Virus record (IMG/VR): IMGVR_UViG_3300027779_002131
Location: 1 to 61,777 of that record
Direction: 5' to 3' (one strand)
Source of the DNA: a virus
Taxonomy: Duplodnaviria > Caudoviricetes
Length of the DNA: 61,777 nucleotides
A program made the translations under genes and the position numbers. The notes under the pieces are model-generated. The model searched no databases and was not told the origin of the DNA. It was given only the letters and a program-made list of their open reading frames with translations. Of the stretch, positions 9,622 to 17,932 are shown one piece after another. Every line of letters begins with the position of its first letter. Position 1 is the first letter of the stretch.

Positions 9622-9650
9622 ATTATACAGCCTATTTAGGCATTAGTCAA
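9622..9650 (-). promoter_or_regulatory. Sigma70-type promoter with embedded TAAATA
   Basis: TTGACT-N17-TATAAT upstream of queD and the tRNAs. Confidence 0.75.
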
Positions 9651-9671
9651 CCTGAATTTAAGTTTTATTGG

Positions 9672-9878
9672 TTATTTTTGATGTTTAGGCAGTTTTGTTT
9701 CTATAAACCATTCGTGGACTCTTTTTGCTGGGTTATATTTCTTTAATCTTAACTTTCTATTCTCTTGAGTAAGAGTTTTAGTTTTAACTGCTGTGTAATG
9801 ATAAGTGTGAGAATCTCTTTTCTCACCTTCTGGAATTAGATATACTGTTACGTTTTTTTTACTGCTTTTTGTTGCCAT
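9672..9878 (-). CDS. rpmG: Ribosomal protein bL33, zinc-free form
   Basis: YHYTAVK...KLRLKKYNPAKRVHEWFIETK; no cysteines. Confidence 0.85.
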   Translation of the reverse strand: MATKSSKKNVTVYLIPEGEKRDSHTYHYTAVKTKTLTQENRKLRLKKYNPAKRVHEWFIETKLPKHQK

Positions 9879-9933
9879 GTCTCTGTTTGTTTGTGAACTA
9901 GCCCAACTGGGTTGGGCATCACTCGATTAAAAA

Positions 9934-10398
9934 TTAGTCTTCTAAGCCTGCATCTTCTCTGCTTATATCAACTACACTTTCAGAAATAAGTTTACTTCTG
10001 TTAGCCATATGTTTCATTTGAACTTCTTCCTTACTTCCACCAAAGTATGCTACTGCATGACCGGTTTCAATAAGAACATCTGTTGCTGGTTTCATTTCAC
10101 CGTTCCACTCAACATCAAAGTCGCCTAGTATTCTACCAAACTTACCTTTCATGTCTTCGCCGTTCTTGCTGACCTGAGTTTTTAAAATTGCTGTCTCTCC
10201 TAGTAATGATATTAGTTTTGCTTTAGCGGCTTTCCCGAAGACTTTCTCTACAGGATCGCTTGTTCTAGATTCAGGTGTATCAATTCCCATCATTCTAACT
10301 CTTTCGTCTCGAAGCCAAACTCCGAATCCTAAATCGATGTCTACATCAACGGTATCACCATCAACCACTCTTGCTATATTTACTCTATACTCATACAT
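9934..10398 (-). CDS. Thermonuclease (SNase-like)
   Basis: RVVDGDT, VRMMGIDTPE and KFGRILG; GGAG SD before the ATG at 10398. Confidence 0.9.
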   Translation of the reverse strand: MYEYRVNIARVVDGDTVDVDIDLGFGVWLRDERVRMMGIDTPESRTSDPVEKVFGKAAKAKLISLLGETAILKTQVSKNGEDMKGKFGRILGDFDVEWNGEMKPATDVLIETGHAVAYFGGSKEEVQMKHMANRSKLISESVVDISREDAGLED

Positions 10399-10474
10399 AC
10401 CTACTACTCCTACGTTATTGTGTGTATTAAGTATGTATTTATCGTATGTATGCAAAAGTTATATCCGTAACTTT

Positions 10475-11089
10475 TTAAAAAACTTCTCCCATCTTATGAA
10501 AAACATGATTCTCAATGTAAGCAACTTTTTGGTATGCCGTTGCCCAATGAGGATCTGCTAATTTGTCGTTGTAATAATGTGTGGCTTCGTAAGTGTTATC
10601 AAATATGTCATGCTTTAGTAAGGATGATGCAACAGTTAAACTTTCTTCCCAAGCCACCATGTTACCTTTTATGATTTTGCCTTCTGCTGTTTTTAAAACA
10701 ATAGTATCAGACTTCCCGTCACAGAACCAACTAAATTGACACTTGTGCCTTCTTGGAACCATTTTGCCTTTCCAGTTTTCTTTATAACTTGCTTGATACA
10801 CAACTCCGCAAATAGTATTTGGATAGTTTTTATGATTAACTCTATTTAAAGTAACATTGCCTACTGCAAACTTACCATTAACAGATTCGCCACGTGCTTC
10901 GTGATATATGTTTGTTGCAAGACAAATCATTTGGTCTGTGTCTACAACTTTTGCTACAGGTTCTGCTTTTACTTCCTTAACTGCTTCAACGTTAGGCTTT
11001 GATATTGGCTCTTTTGTTTCATTATCAAAAAGACTAATAACAACAGCAATAGCAAGACCAACGTAACAAACTCTAATAAATGTAGTCAT
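10475..11089 (-). CDS. SleB-family cell wall hydrolase with membrane anchor
   Basis: CLATNIYHEARGE, VTLNRV, CQFSW, ATHYY and HVF. Confidence 0.93.
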   Translation of the reverse strand: MTTFIRVCYVGLAIAVVISLFDNETKEPISKPNVEAVKEVKAEPVAKVVDTDQMICLATNIYHEARGESVNGKFAVGNVTLNRVNHKNYPNTICGVVYQASYKENWKGKMVPRRHKCQFSWFCDGKSDTIVLKTAEGKIIKGNMVAWEESLTVASSLLKHDIFDNTYEATHYYNDKLADPHWATAYQKVAYIENHVFHKMGEVF

Positions 11090-11118
11090 CCGTATATACC
11101 TCTAGTTTAAACTAGTAA

Positions 11119-11406
11119 TTAAACTAGTTTTATGTCAGTAGTATTCTGTTGGTATGACTTCGCTATGGCGTCATCTGTCGTTGTGTATGCAACCACTGTA
11201 GTTTTATTTATTGAAATTGTGTTACTTTGAGATGTCATCATCCAAGGTATAATTCCTAATCCATCTTGGCCGTGTGCAACTGTTCTTACTTTAGTGATAT
11301 TCAACAGCACGTCATCATCGCTTTCAAACCTAGCAACTAGCTCTTCTCCGCTATTAAGTTTAACTGTAATGATCGAACCTTCTTTGATTGGTTTGTTAAG
11401 TAACAT
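11119..11406 (-). CDS. Sm-like-fold phage protein
   Basis: ITVKLNSGEELVARF...PWM pattern of T4-like Sm-like proteins. Confidence 0.6.
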   Translation of the reverse strand: MLLNKPIKEGSIITVKLNSGEELVARFESDDDVLLNITKVRTVAHGQDGLGIIPWMMTSQSNTISINKTTVVAYTTTDDAIAKSYQQNTTDIKLV

Positions 11407-11434
11407 ATAGAGTCCTAATTTTGTTATTTGTACT

Positions 11435-11462
11435 ATTATATACTGTTTTAATTAGTTGTCAA
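11435..11462 (-). promoter_or_regulatory. Sigma70-type promoter
   Basis: TTGACA-N16-TATAAT. Confidence 0.75.
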
Positions 11463-11526
11463 CCGTAAAATTGGCTAAAAAAAGGGTATTTCTTAGGATA
11501 AAATTCATATTTTCGTAAATATTAGT

Positions 11527-11618
11527 ATGGACAGACTTAATTCAGTCTAACAAAAATGATATCGCCTCCCTCTTAGAATAGGCTACATAGTACAAAGAGT
11601 ACTGCAATATCTGTCCAC
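11527..11618 (+). ncRNA. Candidate ~92-nt late-expressed structured RNA
   Basis: Starts 5 nt after TAAATA (11516-11521); five nested helices closed by TGGACA/TGTCCA. Confidence 0.55.
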
Positions 11619-11650
11619 GTTTTGATAGAGTTATGCGGCGCCGCAATGCT

Positions 11651-12409
11651 TTATAAAAATAAAGTTTCTTCTACAATTGGAATTTTGTTGTTAGACAAAT
11701 TTTCCATCAAGGATAATCTATCCGTACTCCCACGACTGCCATGCACATGTACAGCACAAGATTGATTTAAATCTATTTGATTAAAATTCTTATTCATTAA
11801 CGTGCCTTGAGAAGTTCTAGGATCGTGTAATAACTGATAAGCAAGTTCTGTATTATAAACATCATCAGGTGCCACTTCTTGGCTCCACATCATTGCATTG
11901 TAAATAATTTGTTCGCAATCCCAACGGTCCGGATTCCAATTCTCAACCATCTCAATACCTAAATCCCAAACTGTTTGACTCATATCTTTTGGATAGTATC
12001 TTATTCCACAATTGAAATAGTACTTGAATTCTATATTGTAATGTTCGCATGTAACTGATGTTGGGTCAGTTAAGTTGTACATACGAAATATATTATCAGT
12101 AGTAAAGTAATTAGTAGGTTGTGTAAAAACAACATCTAAATCAGCATACAGAACATTATTGCCTTTTTGCCACAGTTCGTAAATCTCATAGAAGTTTTTT
12201 TTGAATACATCTCTGATGTTATCAGCTTCTCCTCTAAACACTTTGATTTCGTTTAAGTTCTCTACGTTTTTAAGTGCCGAAGCAGTAGCAATTTTTTCCA
12301 TAGCATTATAATTAGCAACAAGGTTGGGCTCGTCACTTCGATCATTGAACCACTTAGTGTGGTCAGTAATTGTATAATTTTTAAAAACTAGAAAGTTTTT
12401 ATCACTCAT
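11651..12409 (-). CDS. Putative glycosyltransferase (GT-A fold)
   Basis: VLYADLDVV, FNCG, EQ..YN and HVHG. Confidence 0.65.
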   Translation of the reverse strand: MSDKNFLVFKNYTITDHTKWFNDRSDEPNLVANYNAMEKIATASALKNVENLNEIKVFRGEADNIRDVFKKNFYEIYELWQKGNNVLYADLDVVFTQPTNYFTTDNIFRMYNLTDPTSVTCEHYNIEFKYYFNCGIRYYPKDMSQTVWDLGIEMVENWNPDRWDCEQIIYNAMMWSQEVAPDDVYNTELAYQLLHDPRTSQGTLMNKNFNQIDLNQSCAVHVHGSRGSTDRLSLMENLSNNKIPIVEETLFL

Positions 12410-13055
12410 TGTCTTTGTGGATCCAAACATATGAACTTAAATCATCATCTGCAATTATATAACCTTGTTCGGTCATAAATTCTGCAACGTTATCGTCTTC
12501 CATTACTTTAACGTCAACAAATATAGTAGGCTTCCACTTTTTAATAGTTGCTACTGCACCTAATAAAACTTCAAGTTCGTAACCTTCAACAGATATCTTA
12601 ATAAAGTCTATACTTAGCGGCTTTTTAATCGCTACATCTAATAGTTTGTCTTTAATCATATTATCTAAACAATATTGTGTTGTTTGTTCGTCACAGATCC
12701 AATCTGCTGTAGAAGTTAATGTAGAGTTTGATTTTACACGATCTATTTCTAGTATTACGTTGTTCTCATTACCTAAACCACAACCATGTATCTCTAATCT
12801 AGCTTCGTTTTCGACTGTGTTTATTTCTAAACACTTAATAAAGTCTTCACAAGGTTCTATTGCAATAACCCTTGTAAACTCGCCAAGCAATCTTGTTGTC
12901 CAAAAGCCAACATGGGCACCAACGTCTATTGCAACGCTTTTGTCCTTGAAAAATGGTTTTGCCATTTCATATTCTTCTAGCTTATACGCTGGTTTAGTTG
13001 TTAAGTAAGTATCACCAGTTGGTATATAGAAGTTAGTATTTTTTATCTTTTTCAT
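12402..13055 (-). CDS. FkbM-family methyltransferase
   Basis: IDVGAHVG, AIEP, IDFIKISVEGYELEVL and WKPTIF. Confidence 0.88.
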   Translation of the reverse strand: MKKIKNTNFYIPTGDTYLTTKPAYKLEEYEMAKPFFKDKSVAIDVGAHVGFWTTRLLGEFTRVIAIEPCEDFIKCLEINTVENEARLEIHGCGLGNENNVILEIDRVKSNSTLTSTADWICDEQTTQYCLDNMIKDKLLDVAIKKPLSIDFIKISVEGYELEVLLGAVATIKKWKPTIFVDVKVMEDDNVAEFMTEQGYIIADDDLSSYVWIHKDNE

Positions 13056-13116
13056 AATGTTTGCCTCTACCATTATTTATTAGTGTCTATGGCGTGGTTA
13101 TACAATTGTTGGCTCG

Positions 13117-13392
13117 CTAAATATTTTTATTTAAAAGTCCTAAAGTTGTTGAAATAGTAGCGTTTGGATCTGGATCTGGTCCAAAAGATTTTGCATCTAG
13201 CACAGGCTTAATTAATGCACCCATCATATGTATCATTGATCTACTTAATTCTTCGGTGGTATCGCCATAAGGAACTATGCCCTCTTCTGTCATGCTATGA
13301 GGGTTTTCGTTATCATCATAATACACTTCGTGTATCTGAAAGAACTCTTCTTCTTCGTAAACATGCTTAATCACTCGATAATTCCAGCTCAT
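13117..13392 (-). CDS. Hypothetical protein
   Basis: MSWNYRV...IHEVYYD; GGAG SD. Confidence 0.7.
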   Translation of the reverse strand: MSWNYRVIKHVYEEEEFFQIHEVYYDDNENPHSMTEEGIVPYGDTTEELSRSMIHMMGALIKPVLDAKSFGPDPDPNATISTTLGLLNKNI

Positions 13393-13416
13393 GTTATGTA
13401 TCTCCATAAAAACTAT

Positions 13417-13444
13417 ATTATACAGCATATTAAATTAATGTCAA
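13417..13444 (-). promoter_or_regulatory. Sigma70-type promoter
   Basis: TTGACA-N16-TATAAT. Confidence 0.75.
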
Positions 13445-13506
13445 TCTCTTAATTTAGATAAATATGTTTAGTGAAACAAACTTTTACATTTACCCGGGGA
13501 TAACAA

Positions 13507-14112
13507 ATGGCTACAGTAAAAAAATATAATTTAGCAGGCTTAAATGCAAATGTTGAATTAGGCAAGCAAGGGTCGTATATAACCGGCACTTCAAGTGAAA
13601 TTGGCTTTTATGCTAATGGCGGAGCATTACAGAAATTAAAAATTGCAGACGCAACAGTATCCACTGAAGCTATTACTAAAGCTCAGTTAGACGCAGTAGC
13701 GGCAGATTTAGTACAACATGTTACTGTTGACTTTGAATATGACAGCGGAACAACTAACGTTGCAACTATAAGTGCAGGTTCAAGAATTATATCAGTAACA
13801 GTTGATATTCCGACTGCCTGGACAGCATCAAACAATACTGCTACTTATGTGGAAGTTGGTGATTCAGGTAACATTGCTAGATTTATTAGAGCCGGTGATG
13901 CAGACATACTTAAAGTAGGTCAATATCACTCTCAGTTCCAATATGAGTACGGTAGTTCAACTGCTATATCTTTAAAAGTTACTCCAGGAACTGCAAGTGC
14001 AGGCACAGGTACATTAAGTATTGTGTTAGCAAGTGATTCTGTAACTGTTACAGATTACGGTTCAATTAACGCGGCTCAAAATAGTAACAGCGATTTAGGT
14101 AACATTGCCTAA
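13507..14112 (+). CDS. Putative virion structural protein
   Basis: G/S/T/A-rich and beta-rich; ATAAATA upstream and a G-rich SD. Confidence 0.55.
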   Translation: MATVKKYNLAGLNANVELGKQGSYITGTSSEIGFYANGGALQKLKIADATVSTEAITKAQLDAVAADLVQHVTVDFEYDSGTTNVATISAGSRIISVTVDIPTAWTASNNTATYVEVGDSGNIARFIRAGDADILKVGQYHSQFQYEYGSSTAISLKVTPGTASAGTGTLSIVLASDSVTVTDYGSINAAQNSNSDLGNIA

Positions 14113-14123
14113 ACCGGTTCCTT

Positions 14124-15368
14124 ATGAGAATTGCAGAACTTAAGATAGCAAAGGCTTCTAGCCCAAGACCGAAAATAGTAAAACCCAATAGGGGTGGTTC
14201 TTCGAAGCACCCTATGAGGGGAAAACTTGTCGGCGAAGATATTAAACCATTAGACGAAGTTGCATTTTTGGCACCTGCAGTATGGTCAGCGGCTAGAGTT
14301 GCCGCTCCTTGGTTAATTAAACAAGGATGGAGACTTGTTAAAGGTACAACTAAAGTAGCAGTAAAAAATCCAAAAACAGCAATAGCAGTAGGCACCGGCG
14401 TTGCTTACAAAGATGAGCTTGCGGCTGTGGCAGAATTTTTAAAAGGTATAGGCGAAACTGTTGAACCTGTTATTAAATATGTAAAACAATACGGCTTACC
14501 TATATTGGCAGTAGTTGCATTATTGTACGGCGGTAAAAAAATAGTTGACATGGTTAAAAACGAAGACCCCGAAACAGTTAACGAAGGCGAAGAACGTAAC
14601 GACATCACAAAACTAATGATTCCTCATATAAGAGAATATTTAGAAAGTAAAGGACCGGGTTCTTTTATTAGTATGGAAGACCTAGAAAGTAATTTATATG
14701 ACTTTGCTCGCGATTTAACACATAATGATTTAAAAAGTCCACAACATTTAAGAGACTTTATGAGTAACCCAGGCGACGAAGCAAGTTCGGCCGTAGGTGA
14801 ATTAATATCAGGAATGTATCCTCCGGAGTTCGAAGACTATATTACTACTGAAAGTGTTAATAATAATTTGTTCCACATCAGCGTAAATGGTCGCATTGTG
14901 ATGCCAAATGTCACTAAAGATAAAATAAATTCATATAAAACAATACTCAAACAAAAATACCCAGATGGGAAGGTTGACTCACAGCCAGTGACTAAGAAAA
15001 CTCAAGAAGGTAATAAACCTCAGAAGCCAAAACCTTATAACACAAAAAGAAATCCTGTTGCAAAGAACATTGAAAAGTTCAATAGACCTGTAACACATCA
15101 GGATAAGAAAAAAGAACTCAAAAAGAAAGGGCCGTCTATTGATTTAGACGAAGCACCTTTTGTAGTAAGTGGCGGTGAATCAATTAAAATCGCTGTAAAT
15201 AAAACCGAAGATTGGTTAAGAGACAAATTCTCAGATGGTAAATCTTATCACACAAACATTGACGCTTTACAGGAACTAGGTAATTTAGTTGGATATACAG
15301 TGGAACCACGCGGTTCTAAAAGCGTTACATTCAATAAGTTTTTTACACAGACAGACGAACATTCATAA
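14124..15368 (+). CDS. Modular hypothetical protein, candidate internal head protein
   Basis: MRIAEL start; segments bounded by LVGE, LDE, VNE, TQE and LDE. Confidence 0.6.
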   Translation: MRIAELKIAKASSPRPKIVKPNRGGSSKHPMRGKLVGEDIKPLDEVAFLAPAVWSAARVAAPWLIKQGWRLVKGTTKVAVKNPKTAIAVGTGVAYKDELAAVAEFLKGIGETVEPVIKYVKQYGLPILAVVALLYGGKKIVDMVKNEDPETVNEGEERNDITKLMIPHIREYLESKGPGSFISMEDLESNLYDFARDLTHNDLKSPQHLRDFMSNPGDEASSAVGELISGMYPPEFEDYITTESVNNNLFHISVNGRIVMPNVTKDKINSYKTILKQKYPDGKVDSQPVTKKTQEGNKPQKPKPYNTKRNPVAKNIEKFNRPVTHQDKKKELKKKGPSIDLDEAPFVVSGGESIKIAVNKTEDWLRDKFSDGKSYHTNIDALQELGNLVGYTVEPRGSKSVTFNKFFTQTDEHS

Positions 15369-15410
15369 ACCATTGGTGTAAAACCAAATAAATAATAAAG
15401 GAGTGCAATC

Positions 15411-15596
15411 ATGAATTATTTAAAATTAGCAAAAGGCTGGATCACATCCAGACTAGCAGAAAGAACATCTTGGGACGGCGGAGTTATTATAGGTATTAGT
15501 TTACTTGTTATGGTAGCCAGTCCAATGATTAAGTTTGCGGCATGGGGCGGCCTCGCCTACGGTGCGTGGACATTGTACAAGGAAGAAACTAAATAG
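15411..15596 (+). CDS. Small two-TM membrane protein
   Basis: AAGGAG SD and two hydrophobic segments. Confidence 0.75.
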   Translation: MNYLKLAKGWITSRLAERTSWDGGVIIGISLLVMVASPMIKFAAWGGLAYGAWTLYKEETK

Positions 15597-15624
15597 TTTT
15601 TTCCCTTCTTTGATAAATACTACT

Positions 15625-16635
15625 ATGAACTTAAAAGAGATAGTAGATAGTAGTATTTTATCAGAGACCCCCGAAGACGAAGCCTTACTTCAAAAGGCCG
15701 AAACGGCGAGAGATCAAGCTCGTGCGACAACAAAAGGCATCAAATGGGACGATACTGCTATTGATATTATGTCAGCAGTAGGATCTATTGCTGATGATTT
15801 AAGTGTCGAGGAAGTAACAAAAGAATTAGAGTACTTAGAAAATGCTGTATTCCAAGCAAAAAATGAATTGGAATCTGCTATATACGGTTTAGAAGAACCA
15901 TTTGACGACTTGATTAGAACATTACAAAACAGAATTGATGATGAAGAGATGGATCGTCAAGATGCAGAGTACGATGCAAGAAACAGTGAGTCAGTAGAAG
16001 AAAGTGAGCCAACTATGTTAAATCCTACCAGCGCCGCAGTTAGAAATACTAAAGTAATTAACGTAGTTACCAAAAGTAATACAACTAACGAACGCAAAGT
16101 TGCAAAACTATTAAGAAATGTGTTAGTTAACGAAGATGCAAAACTAGACGTATACGAACTATTTTCGTTGTTACAAAGTGAGAAGCCAGAACTAGTAGAA
16201 GTATTTAAATCTGTTGCATTAACAACTTACGATGTACAACTAGATGAAGGTAACGGAAGAATTAGAAAAGGTCTTGGTATTGGAGCATTAATTATGTCAT
16301 TGTTAGGTATTAACGCATTGGCTCCTACAGCCAAAGACGGCGAACTCGGCAAGGCTTTACATGCTCACGTTCAACAAGGTGGCGAAGATTCAGACTTAGC
16401 ACAACATTATTACAAGGCTTTAGATGTATATGCAGATGCAGGTGGCCAAAGAACATTAATAAACTTAAATATCAAGTTTAATCCAAACTTCAAAACTAAC
16501 AGAGTAAGTTATGATCCTAACAGACAAGATGTGGAAGACTTCTTAAGGAAACAAGCAAAATTACCAGAACCTGCCGCTTCATCTAAAAAAGTTGAATCTC
16601 GCCAAATGAAGGAACCTTGGTGGAGCAAGAACTAG
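15625..16635 (+). CDS. Modular acidic hypothetical protein
   Basis: Start reassigned to MNLKEI by TAAATA(15614-15619)-N5-ATG. Confidence 0.7.
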   Translation: MNLKEIVDSSILSETPEDEALLQKAETARDQARATTKGIKWDDTAIDIMSAVGSIADDLSVEEVTKELEYLENAVFQAKNELESAIYGLEEPFDDLIRTLQNRIDDEEMDRQDAEYDARNSESVEESEPTMLNPTSAAVRNTKVINVVTKSNTTNERKVAKLLRNVLVNEDAKLDVYELFSLLQSEKPELVEVFKSVALTTYDVQLDEGNGRIRKGLGIGALIMSLLGINALAPTAKDGELGKALHAHVQQGGEDSDLAQHYYKALDVYADAGGQRTLINLNIKFNPNFKTNRVSYDPNRQDVEDFLRKQAKLPEPAASSKKVESRQMKEPWWSKN

Positions 16636-16841
16636 TACTAGACAATGACTATCACGGCAAGTTCGATACAATTTGCTACATTAAAGTTTTAGGAGATGGC
16701 TGGAAATTTAAATACAATTTAAAAGCTCCATTCTCAGTTAGAACAAATGAACAAATGATGGTACCGGCAGGATGCAAGTTCTCATTAATTAAGTGTCGTC
16801 CAGGTTCAGATCTACCTATCAAAATAACAAAAACCTTATAA
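16617..16841 (+). CDS. Small hypothetical protein, possibly cupin-like
   Basis: Fills the gap in a + strand run; beta-rich. Confidence 0.5.
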   Translation: MVEQELVLDNDYHGKFDTICYIKVLGDGWKFKYNLKAPFSVRTNEQMMVPAGCKFSLIKCRPGSDLPIKITKTL

Positions 16842-16849
16842 ATACAAAC

Positions 16850-17377
16850 ATGGAACCCCATGTAACTAAATTAGACTTTTCAATAGACCCAGAACGTTTA
16901 CATACTGAACTAGATAATTTATTAAGTGATGTTGGATTTTCAAATCCTAATCAATTAACACTAACAAGTGTGCTCGGTAATAACAACTGGGAAGAAAGTA
17001 CAGGCAAAATAAAAAATCTAAAGTTTCCAGAAAAAGCATACTGTGAACTTAACGCCCGCCTCCATGATACTATATTTGATGAGATTATTTCACACTTCCC
17101 AGGATATACACGTTGGAGACTGCTAAAATTATCATCGCATAGTAATTACAGCATCCATTCAGACAGCGATAACGGTAAGAAGAACATACGAGTACATATT
17201 CCTGTAATAACTAATCCAGACGCATACTTAATGTTTTTTAATGAAAGAACAGAACCAAAGATGCATCATTTAGAAGTAGGTAATGCATACCAAGTTAATA
17301 CAACAGGATTGCATAGTGCAATTAACTTTGGTTGGCAAGACAGATATCACATAGTTGGAGTAAAATACGAGGGATAA
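16850..17377 (+). CDS. 2OG-Fe(II) oxygenase, Asp/Asn beta-hydroxylase-like
   Basis: HSD...RVHIP...HSAINFG..DRYH; TATAAATA-N5-ATG. Confidence 0.85.
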   Translation: MEPHVTKLDFSIDPERLHTELDNLLSDVGFSNPNQLTLTSVLGNNNWEESTGKIKNLKFPEKAYCELNARLHDTIFDEIISHFPGYTRWRLLKLSSHSNYSIHSDSDNGKKNIRVHIPVITNPDAYLMFFNERTEPKMHHLEVGNAYQVNTTGLHSAINFGWQDRYHIVGVKYEG

Positions 17378-17378
17378 T

Positions 17379-17921
17379 ATGAAAATAGCAATAACAGGTC
17401 ACAGTAAAGGTATAGGCAAAGCATTGTATGATAACCTTTCTATAGAGCATGACGTAGAAGGCTTTAGCAGGACTAACGGTTTTAATATTGCCACTGATAC
17501 TGATATGATTATACGAGCAGTAAAGAAATCAGATGTATTCGTTAATAACGCATTCCACGGAATGGCTCAAATGATAATACTTAATAAACTTTGGGAACTA
17601 TGGAAATATGATGAGACTAAAACTATTGTAAACATTGTCAGTCTAAGCAAGTATCCAGGACTTAGCAGTAACGAAACTGGCTACTCAGCATTAAAGGCCG
17701 CACTATATCACCAAGCATTCTTATTAATGTTTTCAGACAGAGAACGCAGATGCAGAATGATTAATGTAAACCCAGGATATGTTAAAACAGCAATGACGTC
17801 TCATGTAAAAGATAATGTTAATATGCTTACACCTGAAGAATGTGCAGAACCTATTGCTTATGCTATTAATCTGCCACAACACGTGGAGATAGGCGAACTT
17901 AGTCTTTGGCGGCCTTTCTGA
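17379..17921 (+). CDS. Short-chain dehydrogenase/reductase
   Basis: ITGHSKGIG, FVNNA, YSALK and NVNPG. Confidence 0.9.
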   Translation: MKIAITGHSKGIGKALYDNLSIEHDVEGFSRTNGFNIATDTDMIIRAVKKSDVFVNNAFHGMAQMIILNKLWELWKYDETKTIVNIVSLSKYPGLSSNETGYSALKAALYHQAFLLMFSDRERRCRMINVNPGYVKTAMTSHVKDNVNMLTPEECAEPIAYAINLPQHVEIGELSLWRPF

Positions 17922-17932
17922 TAAATACTAAT

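Noticed and set aside
11527-11550. Leaderless 7-aa ORF MDRLNSV
   Set aside because: Too short to support and its start is buried in the closing helix; an RNA gene explains the region better, though translation is not excluded
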